Positions 50,121-62,087 of a DNA stretch of 64,000 nt are shown here, in pieces. Position 1 is the stretch's first letter, and the number at the start of each line of letters is the position of its first letter. This DNA is from Vicugna vicugna (lineage: Eukaryota), in NCBI GenBank assembly GCA_013265495.1, contig MU058531.1:2480911-2544910 (forward strand), read 5' to 3'. Under the pieces are notes generated by a model, which ran no database searches, was not told where the DNA came from, and saw nothing but the letters and a program-made list of their open reading frames with translations. The translations under genes and the position numbers were made by a program.

Positions 50121-50255
50121 CTAGTGCAAATCATCATAAACACCACACACCTGGAACAAGCTTGTAAATACCTTGAGGACTTTATAACTAACATTACAAA
50201 TATTTCTCAAGAAACTGTGCATACCACAAGACTTTATGGGCTCTCTACTTTTAAG
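50121..50255 (+). CDS. EXOC6: EXOC6 exon 17 (135 nt): LVQIIINTTHLEQACKYLEDFITNITNISQETVHTTRLYGLSTFK
   Basis: acceptor ttttctag|CTA, donor AAG|gtatgt; no further EXOC6 exon recognised to the window end. Confidence 0.97.
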
Positions 50256-51037
50256 GTATGTAAAAATCTGACCAAAATTTTTTATTTCAATCACTGTAAG
50301 CAAACTTTTAAAAATAAGAGACAATTTTCATTATATACATAATTCCAGTATATTCCTAACAGTTATACACATGATTCCATTAATTCCTAACAATTGAGAA
50401 TTAGAGGTAATCGTTGTCAATGATGAGCAGATAAATGTCAGTTCCTTTTTGGCATTTTAAACATCTGGTTAAAATGAAGAAAAGTATATTGATTTTCCAC
50501 AGCTATATTATATTTTATTCATGTTTTGAAGACAAGAGTAGTGTTGAATAGGTCTAACTGGATTTTCATTCATGTCTCATAGTTTAATAATTAACTGCAT
50601 ATGTAATATATAAAAGAGTGGGTATGTTTGGAAATTAAAAATGTAGGGAGAAATAGATAAGTAAGATTTGTTTTACATGCCTTATTTGATCTGAAGAAAA
50701 ATAAATATTACCTTATTACATGTTATTCAAATCTTACTGTTTTCTGAAAGGAAAGATTTCTGTTTTTATACTACCATGGGATATACCAAAAGATTAATGA
50801 ATGGTTGTTTTAAGCAGAATGGAACATTAAATAATGTCATAAATTTGTTATAAACTATTGTTTTGTTGATTTGGGGTCATGTAGATGAGACACTGGCATA
50901 GTCTAGTAAAATAAATCCCTTTGCATTGAATATTTTGTTAAACTAATATAAACCACTTACTAATCCCTTATCTATAATATAGACTTGCTAGTTTAACCTC
51001 ATAGCCTTTTCTAAGTTTTCCATTAAAGAAATTCTCA

Positions 51038-51143
51038 GGGGAATAGATGGTATAGCTCAGTGGTAGAGCATGTGCTTGACATGCACAAGGTCCTGGGTTC
51101 AATCCCCAGTGCCTCCATTAAGGGAGGTTAAAAAAAAAAAACT
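51038..51143 (+). mobile_element. tRNA-derived SINE (Vic-1-like), short form
   Basis: gtatagctcagtggtagag..gtcctgggttcaatccccagtgcctccattaaggga plus A tail. Confidence 0.9.
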
Positions 51144-51244
51144 AAAAAGAATTCTTATCTTCCGACTCTTGCTATATTATAAATTACCCAATTTATCTCC
51201 TAAAATTATAGTATAATCATTTACATTAAAAAAATTCAGACATG

Positions 51245-51410
51245 AAGTCTTCAACAACCTCAATGAGTTCTGATACAGATTCTCCCCAGAGCCTCCACAT
51301 AGCACAGCTGTGGTGTTTGACACCATAAGCAGAGAAACCAGTCGAGCCTGCCTGGGCTTCTAACCTACAGAACTATGAGCCAATAAACACGTGTTGTTTT
51401 AAGCTCCTAA
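51245..51410. mobile_element. MLT1-type MaLR LTR 3' fragment
   Basis: gattctccccagagcctcca..cttctaacctacagaactatgag..aataaa..tgttgttttaagc. Confidence 0.75.
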
Positions 51411-51499
51411 AAAAAAAAAAAATTCAGCATACTAGTGTTTATTGAAGAAGACATTTTATCATACAGAGTCTTTTTGGGTCTTTCTCTGCCATCTGTAGT

Positions 51500-51681
51500 T
51501 GGTTTTTGTGGTTTTTTGTTTTTTTTTTCCCTTCCCTNNNNNNNNNNNNNNNNNNNNNNNNNNNNNNNNNNNNNNTTTTTTTTTTGTTGTTTCTGTTTTT
51601 CAGTGGAGGTGCTGGGGATTGAACCCAGGACCTTGTGCATGCTAAGCATGCACTCTACCATTTGAGCTATACTCTCCTCCC
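51500..51681 (-). mobile_element. tRNA-derived SINE (Vic-1-like) with an assembly gap in its tail
   Basis: ggggattgaacccaggaccttgtgcatgctaagcatgcactctacca..gagctatac. Confidence 0.88.
51538..51575. other. Assembly gap (38 N)
   Basis: run of n characters. Confidence 1.
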
Positions 51682-53893
51682 ATACTTGTATTTAGATATA
51701 ACTAATTTAATGTTAACAGTGACCAGACTTTGAAAGTGTAAAGTCCGGAAAAGACCCTTGTTTCCTAAAATTATCTGCCTGGCTCCCAAAATCTTAGGCT
51801 CCTTTGATGATTCTTAAGCTCATGTAGTCACCCTAATCCTTAAAACACAAATGCAGATGATATCTGAGTAAACAGATTGATAAAATTATTTATTGAAACA
51901 GGCCAAAGCTGGACAAAACAGGCATTCATTTATTCACTTAATATAATACAATAATTAAGGGTATATACTCTGGAGTTAGAGTTCTGTGTGTCTTTGGGCA
52001 TATTCTTTCATTTTAATGATACTTGGTTTTATCTATAAAATTAGAATAGCAATATATTTTCCACTTGATACAATTATTATGAGGATTGAGGGGCATACTT
52101 AGCATAGTGCCATTTGTTGTGCATGATCTATGCTCTGAGCACTGTGTTAGGTGCTGAGGATATAGAAATGCATCGCTGTCCTCAAGGAGCTCACAGGAGG
52201 AAAAACTATAAAAAGGCACTTGACAGTATGGTGTGATAAGTACCATAATATAGAAAGAGACTCCACAAGTTTTTGGACATTTATTTATCCATGGACAAAT
52301 TGATTCTTTGCATCGATATTAGATTTTACACAATCCTTTTTCTTTATTGCTCTCTGTCCTTAGGTCCATGTGTTACTCACATGCTGTCAAGAAGGGATTT
52401 ACTAGGGACTGCAGTTGTGAGCGTATTTATGAACATTTAATATTTAATACACGTACTCTGATTAAAACATGAATTGTCTTAACCTCTGGTATATGTACGG
52501 ATCGCAGGCAATTTTTCTTATCAGTTACAGGTCAAAGAACCAAAGATACTGGAGCATGATGCTTTAGATTAAGGGATCTTGGAACTACACCTCTCAAAAA
52601 TCTGCCTGTTGAGAGAGAATCTTTAGAAATGTTAGCTCTAGTCCATCATTCCTGTGGTCCTTAAGTTGTAGATGTTTAGTTGAAACTACAACTGCCGTAG
52701 AACACCCCTTGGGTTTTCTTAGAAATCAGGAAGTCAAGTTCAGCCTGTACAAATAGTAGAGCGTCCTTGTTTTTTGCTGTTTGATTTTTGTTTTATTTTT
52801 ACAGAAAACTCAGGAAACCCATTCTGTTTTATGAGACCAAGAGCTATTTCAGGCTCAGTATGTGAAGGTCAAGTGTTCTTCAGTTCTATCTTTGATCTGT
52901 TTCAAGAGGAATTTGTCTTAAACTGTGATGTGAAGAAGCAATTCAACAGGGAGAATTGTTAAATCAGTATTAAATTGAATTACTGAGGGAGATTGGGGAA
53001 ATTTCCATTCTTAGTGAATAGTCAGTCTGTATAGGCTTGATTACAGACATTAGTGTGGATTTCTTAGTTAACCTCTTAGCCTAATTCTTTTCAGCCCAGT
53101 GACCTGACCAAACATATTCCTATTTAATTGCTTAATGATCATAGAAATAAGCACTTACATGACCCTTTTCCCCATACCTCCATTTGCTTCCCCTCCAAAA
53201 CCCCACACGTTTACACAACGTGCTTGATTTTACATCACGTTTGCTTACTTTATGAAATATATACAGACTGTCTTGTTAGCTTGCCTTTCATTGTAGTAAA
53301 TTTGTGAGTGATACAAAAGAGGTAAAGTAAGTAGTTCCTGCCCTCAAGCAGTACCACAGCTTTTTGAAATTAACCTGGACCCACACTGAGAGCTACTTAA
53401 AGCTAATTTAAGACTTCTAATGAAAAGATTTGCATCAAAATAGAGGGGGAAAATAGGAATACCATTTCCTTTTTAATCTGTGTAGTAGAGAAATGGCCTA
53501 GTTCTTTTTCTTTGGCATCAGAGCTCTTTAACTTTGCTCCATGGAGCTTTTCCAACCTGACACCCTAAAGAGTCCTTTCCTTTTAAGTCCTGGCAGCAAT
53601 TGCAACTGTAAGTGCCTAGAAAGAATATGCTTGTGACTTTTTCTGAAAATTTGCCTTTTAAAATCTGTTGATGAGTATATAGCAAAGTTTTTTTTTAGGA
53701 TTATGGCTAAAGTGACAGTGGTAACTTATCTTTGATTAAGGGCTTGAAATTCTCTTCCTGTGGAGTAAGGACATGGTACGTGGACTTTAAAAAAATTTTT
53801 TTTCTTGAAATGTAACATAGAATACACACACAATTTATAAATGCAAAAATTATAAATAGATATAGTTCAATTAATTATTAAAAAGTGGACATA

Positions 53894-56800
53894 GACTTCC
53901 AATTTCCAGTCTGGCGTGTAAAGAACTGAGAAGTTGTAACTCTGTCCCAACAAGTAAAAAGCTGAGAAAAACTGAAAAATCAACAACTCTTCCTTGATCT
54001 CTTGGAGAATTAAGGTCACAGAACACACTGCTGCCCCCAAAACGGAGAGACAGACAAATACAGAGAATCACAACTTAATGGAGCAGAAGCCCACAGGAAT
54101 CACTCCTGGGGTAGGAAAACCTGAAGTATAATTGATGAATACTGGAAGCTCGGTGTGGACAAATTTGAGAGTTAAAGCTCCAGGGGAACCCAGTCTTAGG
54201 TGGGGGCACCAGGTTCTCCCAGTGAGGATTTAAGGAAAATCTTCTTATGTGTCTAGCAGGGGAAAGGGAAAAGGAACCATTTTGAAATATGCCAGAGCAT
54301 TCTGTTCTTAAGCATTCTATTTTTCTCAATAAGACCTAACCTTAAAATAAACGATTTACCAGTGCCTAAACTGCTGGGAGAAGGGAAATACTCAGCACTA
54401 GCTTGTTCTGGCCATCCTGTCCAACCTGAGGGGTAGAAATGAAAAGGGCTTGTAAAGTTCACAGCTGAGGGGCAAAGGCTCACTTAAAGATGGAGACCTA
54501 ATCATAGAACTAAGGAACATTTCCCCTCCCCCTATGTCTTACTGCATTACTAAAGGCCTAATTTATTGCAGTTCTTTTCACCCAGTACATCATGTCCCTT
54601 TATCAGGAAAAAAATTGTAAGACAGACTAAAAGGCAAAAAATAGAGAAGCTAGAGTAAATATTAGATTTAGATATGTCAGGGATACTATCAGACCAGGAA
54701 TTAAAAAAAAATTATGATTAGTATACTGAGGACTTTGATGGATAAAGGAGACAGCATGCAAGAACAGATGAATAGTGTAAGCAGAGAAATGGAGAATTTA
54801 AGAAAGAATCAAAAAGAAGTGCTAGAGATCAAAAACACTGTAACAGAAATGAAGAATACCTTTGATGGACCCATTAGTAGATTGGACATGGCCGAGAAAA
54901 GACTCTGACTTTGGGGATCTGTTGATAGAAACTTCCAAAACAGAAAAGCAAAGGAAAAAAACATTGGAAAAACTGAACAGAATATCCAAGAACTGTGGGG
55001 CAACTACAAAAGATGCAACATACGTACAGTGGGAATATTAGAAGGAGTAAAAAGAAAGGAACAGAAGCAATATTTGATCCAATAATGGTAGAATTTCCCC
55101 AAATTAATGTCACACAAGAAACCATGCATTAAAAAGCTTAGAGAACACCAAGCAGGATAAATGCCAAAATAATTACACCTAGGCTTACCATATTCAAACT
55201 GCACAAAGTTAAAGATAAAAAGTCCTTAAAGAAGCAAGAGGAAAAAACTTCTGTAGAGTAGCAAAGATAAGAGTTACATCTAACTTCTCTTCATAAACCA
55301 TGCAAGCAAGAAGAGAGTGGACTAAAATATTTAGTGTTAATAGAAAAACACTCACCAAACTAGAACTTTTTTATATCCTATGAAATTATCCTTCAAAAGT
55401 GAAGGAGAAATGAAGACTTTCTCAGATAAATAAAAATTGAGGAAATTTGTTGCCAGCCTTGTAAGAAATGTTAAAATAATTTTTTCAGAGATAGAGAAAA
55501 TAATATAGGTCAGAAACTTGGACCTACATAAAGAAAGGAAGAACATCAAAGGAAGTATAAGTGAAGGTAAAATTCTTAATTGATCTAATAGATGATGGTT
55601 TGTTCAAATGAATAATAGCAACCATGTATTCAGTTATATATGCTTATATCTATATATGTGTATACACATACTTATGTTTGTTTATATGAATGGCTACAGT
55701 GACACAAGGATAGGGAGGGAGGAATTAGAATTATTTTGTTATTATAAGGTACTCACACTACCCATGAAATGATACAGTGTTATTGGAGAGTGAACTTGAA
55801 ATAATTGTGAATGTATATTGGAAACTCTAGGGCAACCACTAAAAAAAGCAAAAAAAAAAAAAGTATAACCAATATGCTAAGAAAGGGGAGAAAATGGAAT
55901 CATACAAATGTCCAATATCACAAAAGGCAGGAAAAGAGTGGAACACAAAAGTAGAAATAAAGAACAAATGCACCAAATAGACAACAGCAACAAATATGGT
56001 AGATATTAATCCAGCTATCAATAGTTACTTTAAACATCTCTGGTCTAAAAACACCAAAGAAGAACAGAGATTGTCAGAGTGGATCAATAAAACAAGACTC
56101 AACTATATGTTGTTTGCAAAATCTACTTTAAATATAAAGACATATATAGATTAAAAATAATGGATGGGGAATGATATACCATTTAACACTAATCAAAAAG
56201 GTGGCAGTAGCCATATTAATTTCAAACAGGGCAGACTTTAGAGCAAAGAAAGTTATCAGGGATAAAGAGGGCTATTACATAATGATAAAAGGGTCAGTTT
56301 GTCAAGATGACATAATAATTCTTAATGTACATATGCCTGACATTAGAGGGTCAAATTATATGAAGCAAAAGCTGATAAAACTTCAAGGAGAAATAGATGA
56401 GTCCACCGTTAAAGTTAGAGACTTCAACATTACTCTTATCAGAAATGGTCAGATCCAACAGACAGAAAATCAGTTAAGGACATAGCTGAACTCAACAATA
56501 CCATCAATCAACTGGATATAATTGACATTTGTAGAGTACTTATCCGACAACAACAGAGTATACATTCTTCTCAAGCTACTGTGGACAATTCACCAAGGTA
56601 GACCACATCTGGGGGCATGAAACACACCGTAACAAATTTAAAAGAATAGAAATCATACAATATCTGCTATTAGACCAGCAGTATAATTAAACAAGATATC
56701 AATAACAGAAAGATAACTGGAAAATCCTGAATACTTGGAGATTAAACAGCTCACTTCTAAATCATATGTGGATCAAGAAAGAAAAGGATAAAAAGGAATA

Positions 56801-57815
56801 TTATGAACAACTCTGTGCCCACAAATTCGACAATCTAGACTAAACGAACCAATTCTTTGAAAGACACAATCTGCCAAAACTCACACAAGAAGAAAATAGG
56901 CAACCTGAATAGGCCTGTATCAATGAAACAAATTGAATCAGTAATTAATTGCCTTCTAAAACAAAGCACCAGGCCCAGATGGGTTTACTGGTGAACTCTA
57001 CCAAACTTTTAAGGAAGAAATTGTACCAGTTCTGTATGCTGTCTTTCATATGGAAGCAGAGACAGTATTTCTAAATTCATTCTATGAGGCCAGCATTACC
57101 CTAACACCAAAACCAGACAAAGACATTACAAGAAGACTATACATCAATATCTCTCATGAACATAGATGCAAAAATCCTCAACAAAATATTATCAAAATGA
57201 ATCTTAACAATTTATAAAAGGAATTCTACATCATGACAAAGTGGGATTTATCAACAGTATGCAAGGCTTGTTCGTCATTCAAAAACCAGTTAATATAATC
57301 CATCACATCAATAGGCTGAAGAAGAAAAATCACATGGTTATATCAATAGATACAGAAAAAGCATTTGACAAAATTCAACACCCATTTTTGATAAAAACTC
57401 TTAGTAAACTGGTAATAGAGGATATCTTTTTTGATAAAGAATATCTGCAAAAAAACCCTATAGTTAACATCATACTTAATGGTGAGAAACTTGAAGCTTT
57501 CCCACTAATCAGGAGGATAATTTAGACACTGTATGATACTGTAACAGTGGATATATGTCATTATCCATTTGTCCAAGCCCATAGAATGTACAGCACCAAG
57601 AGTGAACCTTAATGTAAACTGTGGCCTTTGAATGATAATAAATGTGCCAATGTAGGTTCATCTATGGTAACAAATGTGCATCACTGGTGGGACATTTTGA
57701 TAGTGATGGAGACTGTGGGAGATGTGTGGGCAGGAGATATATGGGAAATCACTGTACCAATCCCTCAATTTTACTATGAACCAAAAACTGCTCTAAGAAA
57801 AGTTCTACTTAAATT
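53894..57815 (+). mobile_element. L1MC-like LINE-1 with both ends (5' UTR, ORF1, partial ORF2, 3' UTR), internally deleted
   Basis: ORF1 remnants (EIKNTVTEMKNTFDGPISRLD), endonuclease remnant (RDKEGYYIMIKGS), RT remnant ([21 protein letters not shown]), L1MC-type 3' UTR 57525-57815. Confidence 0.9.
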
Positions 57816-60012
57816 GGAAAAAAAGTGAACTCACTCATGGAATTATGAGATCAAGAAATAAAACACTGGGTTAGTAGCATTGTAGAAGCCTCCCTCATCC
57901 AACTTCCCAGTCATTATCTCTACTTCCTCTCAGTACTGATTTTTAATAGCACTGATTAATTTTGTCTGTTTGGGGGCTCTGTTTATATGGGTCATACATA
58001 GTGCATCTTTTTGTGTATCTGACCTCTTTCACTCAACGTGATTTTTTTTAATATTTCATTTCTGTTGCATGTAGCTGTAGTTTATTTTGAGTTCAGTATA
58101 GTATTCCATTATAGAATTTACTGCAACTTATTTTCAGCTACGCAAAGACTTTTGTTTTCCTTCCTTCCTGATTACTGACTTCGAATGTGACCTCTGAATA
58201 ACCAAGGTGTTATTGTATGAGTAAAATAAAATTCATATTTATTTGATTTTTAGTAGTAAAGATATAAATTCATAAACTGGTAAAATCATACTTTAAAAAC
58301 TAGTAAGGTATTAGGAAGTTTTAAAATTTCTCATTTAAATTATAATTGTTATATTATTGTACATATATACAGTTGATTTATTTCTGCTTTGCCAAAACAT
58401 TTGAACTATTACTTCTTGACTGATTAATCGCGTTTCAACTTCTGATTACTTGTATGCTTTGTATATAGTCTTATGTTATTGGTGGAGTGTTCCATTGTAC
58501 AACTTGTTTTATTTGTGCAACTTGATTGTTATTTTTAAAAGGCATATAACATTTATTTCTTTTGTCATTCATTATCTTTGAGAGAGTGCTACATCAAGCA
58601 GTTTCACTCTTGTAGCCGATTTAATACGTTTAAATGACATAAAATCCTAAACGGTAGATCAGGGGAAAAAAGCCAAAGCTAAAATGTTTATTGAATAAAT
58701 AATTCATTTTATTATATTAGAAAAGTACTAGAAAAATTACTAGAAAAATAAAGAATGGGGATGCTACTGTGCCAAAAACATAAGTTAAGCTAACAGGGAA
58801 AAAAAGCATTTTCAGTTCTATAAACAGAGGAGAAAGATCAGCAACATTTATGGACTACCTCAACCCCATTGATACATGAATGTGCTCAACTTTCTGTTTT
58901 TCCATAATATATCATCAGTTATAATTTATAAAATTATAATTATAATTTATAATCAGTTACTTATAGCAAGTACCTCTTATTAAGGTGTGGAAAGCAGAAA
59001 TAGAATGGAGAAGGAAATGGTGGAGAGTACTTTAAAAAGTTGTTTGTATCAGATGATGTTCAAACCTGATTACGAACAACCTAGATTACCTAAGAAGCGG
59101 CAGATGCTACTCCAAAGCCCTAGCCACTCTTAAACACTTCCGAGATATAGAAGCCCTTGAAAACTGGAAAGGAAAAAATGTACCACCTACCTTTTTAAAA
59201 GAAAAAGGAGGTAATCTGAGGATTAGAAAATGATTTAATTTCTAATGATTTACAGTAATCCCAGATAATCTGGAGGCTGGATTCTGAATTTTTCTAGACT
59301 GATTCCAGCTCAAAGCCTGTATTGCCCATTCTGGCTTATTGTTAGAAGTGGATTAGCTTAGCAAGTGGCTCTGTGGTGGATTTCAGTTTTTCTAGGACTG
59401 GCTACTTTGGTAAGGAGCCAGAAATGAAATACTTTGTCCTGTTTGAAGTAAGGTTTTGATTGTGTCCCAGAGAACATTTCTGTGACAAATCAGCAATTGC
59501 TTGGAAGTTTCCATCTAAACTGAAAGTTTTGGACTGGGAGAATATGTTAAATGGTGTTTATTGAGCACAAATATATTTCTATTGTACTGTGCTAGTTGCT
59601 CTGGAGAGGATGTGGCATGGTTTTTAACTACTAGGGTTTTTTTTAATCTAAAAGGGCAGATAACTACAAAGAAATAACCACAGTGCATAACAAATAGGTA
59701 AATTTGGTTGTGTATATGTGTTTGATTTGGTTTTGTAGCATTTTGAATTCGAATACCTTTAGATGAGATTTGTGCTTTGTCAGCATCCTGCCTGCCACAA
59801 TCACTGTGCCAGCCAAACTCATTTATATTCCCTGCCTGAACCCTAAAGGCATTTAGGTGTTGCATCAATTTGGAGCCTGGGTAGCACTGCAGTTAGCAGA
59901 GATGAGGGAAGGGAAGAACTGATATAAAGCCATTTACAGAAGGTAGAAAGCTCAAGATGAGAAAATTCAGAGATTGTTGAAATGCTGTAACCCAGTAGAA
60001 GGAATCTAAAAT

Positions 60013-60013
60013 T

Positions 60014-60056
<43 letters not shown>
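60013..60056. repeat. (TTTA)11 microsatellite
   Basis: perfect TTTA run. Confidence 0.95.
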
Positions 60057-61307
60057 GTGTTAATAAGTATGCATATTTTGTTTAAAAATGGTATTTGGTT
60101 TACATGTATTTTGAATGTTTCTTCTGGGGGGAAATTTAATTTGTTTTAGAAGCAGTTGGTATCAGGTTCCTTAAATTTCTGCCTTCAGCTTCCTTTTCTT
60201 TCATCTATGTGATACTTCAACTTTTATTATCTAACTCTAGTTACCTTAAGAAGTGCTTTGGATTTGCCCTCATGGAAATTATTTAGGTATAGTTAACTGA
60301 ATCCTACAGTAATCTGTATCTCTTAATGGAACATTTAGTATATTATTTGTGACCTGTTGACTTTAGAACTGTGAGATTATACATCCCTAAATTATACTCC
60401 AGGTTGACTGTGTTCTTTTATGAAGAAAAATCTTTTTAGGAGTTTTCTGGAACTTTATAAAAACTTTAGGTCTTCTAATTAATATAAACTTTCCTTGACT
60501 TTTTACATTTGACTTCTTAGTTCATTGTGGAGAAGATCTTGAGCTTTGTTTAATCCAGAGTGTTATTGATCAAGTGGTAATATACAGTTTGCATGTATGC
60601 AAGGCACCACGCATATCCTAAAACCTACAAATGTTTTTTGAACCACAGTAATATAGGGTAATTAAAAAAACCTGTTGAAAAATAGCCATTTCACTAAATT
60701 AAGTTGAAGCATAAGCAAGCAAATTATTTTTCTTTTTAATATGATTTTAGGTGCCAAATATAAGAATATAACAACTTCCCTTAATTGTCACAATGGTACC
60801 TAAAATACTTAAATAAAAAAATCATAATTTCTTAAATTGGCTCTTCTTTCTGCCTATTTGATTTTTTAAGTGACACCACCATTTTTCTTGCCTCCTTTTT
60901 TGGAAATGTGGAGTTATCTTAGATGTATTTCTTTTTAGCTCCTGCTATATCCCTTCCCCCATCATAACTAATAATTAGGTTTCTATGTTTAGTCTTATCT
61001 ACTCATTTCCTTCTGTCCGTAGTATCATTAGTGACATTGGCTAATGAGTTGGGATCTGTATGCTACTTAACATTTAGAAATTTCTCAGTCAAGATCATAG
61101 GTCACTGAAGCATTATTTCTTGAATTAGAGCAGGAAGAAATTAGCTAGGGAGGGCACTTTCACTTTGACAACTCCAACTTCATCTCCTGCTTAGGTTTTT
61201 AAAGCTCAGAAAAATATCATAGAAGTGTTCTCCTTGCTCCAGATGAGTAATATCAAATGTGACCTTTTCTTTCTCTAGAATGTTCAGTAAAATGTTTCAA
61301 GCTACTT

Positions 61308-61860
61308 GTATTAATCAAGGCTACTAAAAGAATATTGACAACTGATAGAAAAACCAACTAATCCTATCTTAAACAATAAAGGGAAATTATTGGCTAGTGT
61401 GGCTGGAAAGTCCTAGAATAGGGCAGATTCCATGTAAGGCAGAGCCAGCTGCTCAGGAAGTGTCTCAAGGACCCCAAGTCCCTCCATCTTTTAACTCTGC
61501 ATTATGCAATTTTCGTCTCATTTTCACACATGGTGGCCCAGAAGCTGTAGTCTTTCTACTCTGGTAGCAAAATAATTACGAGTTCACAGTTCCAAACTTT
61601 ATATCCTTATGCTCTGTCATCTAAAAGAAGAGAGAGTGTATCCCCCAACTAGTTGCTATGGAATTCCCTAGTGGATGATTATTGCTAGTTGACTTGAACT
61701 CATCAGGATCCATCCTTGGAGCTAGATATGGGCTCAGTCCTATCCAGACCAGATAGAGCTGTGAATTGGGGCAGAGTGATTTTCCAAAATGTATTTGGGG
61801 ACTATTCCCAGAAGGGGGAATAGATGATAGACAGTAAGTCATAGATGTTTACTAAAATGT
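61308..61860. mobile_element. Old MLT1 (K/L-like) MaLR LTR
   Basis: tgtattaatcaagg..gatagaaaaaccaact..cttaaacaataaagggaaattattggct..ctggaaagtcc. Confidence 0.65.
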
Positions 61861-62068
61861 TTAGCTATATTACTACTTATCTTTTATTCAAAACATACAT
61901 GCATATGGTCTGTGAGGTCTAGCATGAAGTTTGTGCATATGTCTATTTAAAAAATTTCCTCAGGTGATTCTGTTGCATCCTGTGGTTTAGAGCCACTGAT
62001 AGCATGGTATCATTTAATTCCTGTACATTGAAACAGAAAATAGTTCTGAAGTTATGTGAGATACATTT

Positions 62069-62087
62069 CTGCCTCCAGATGGCACTG
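62069..62087 (+). promoter_or_regulatory. Candidate CTCF binding motif
   Basis: ctgcctccagatggcactg matches the core CC(A/T)(C/G)(C/T)AG(A/G)(G/T)GGC(A/G)C; motif only, no binding data. Confidence 0.5.

Larger units (their letters stand above)
1614..50255 (+). other. EXOC6: EXOC6 (exocyst complex component 6, Sec15A) partial gene span, 16 internal coding exons
   Basis: All 16 exons have AG/GT boundaries and matching phases. The spliced 1669 nt gives an open protein nearly identical to mammalian EXOC6 as I recall it (e.g. KLDACIRNHDKEIEKMCNFHHQGF, PMSQSVPHIYIQ, which differ from paralog EXOC6B). Confidence 0.97.

Noticed and set aside
54714..57525. ORFs resembling L1 ORF1, endonuclease and reverse transcriptase
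   Set aside because: Fragmented by stops, frameshifts and deletions; a dead L1, not a novel RT system.
59515..59868. 117-aa minus-strand ORF in non-repeat sequence
   Set aside because: No recognisable homology, coding-like composition or splice support; length compatible with chance.
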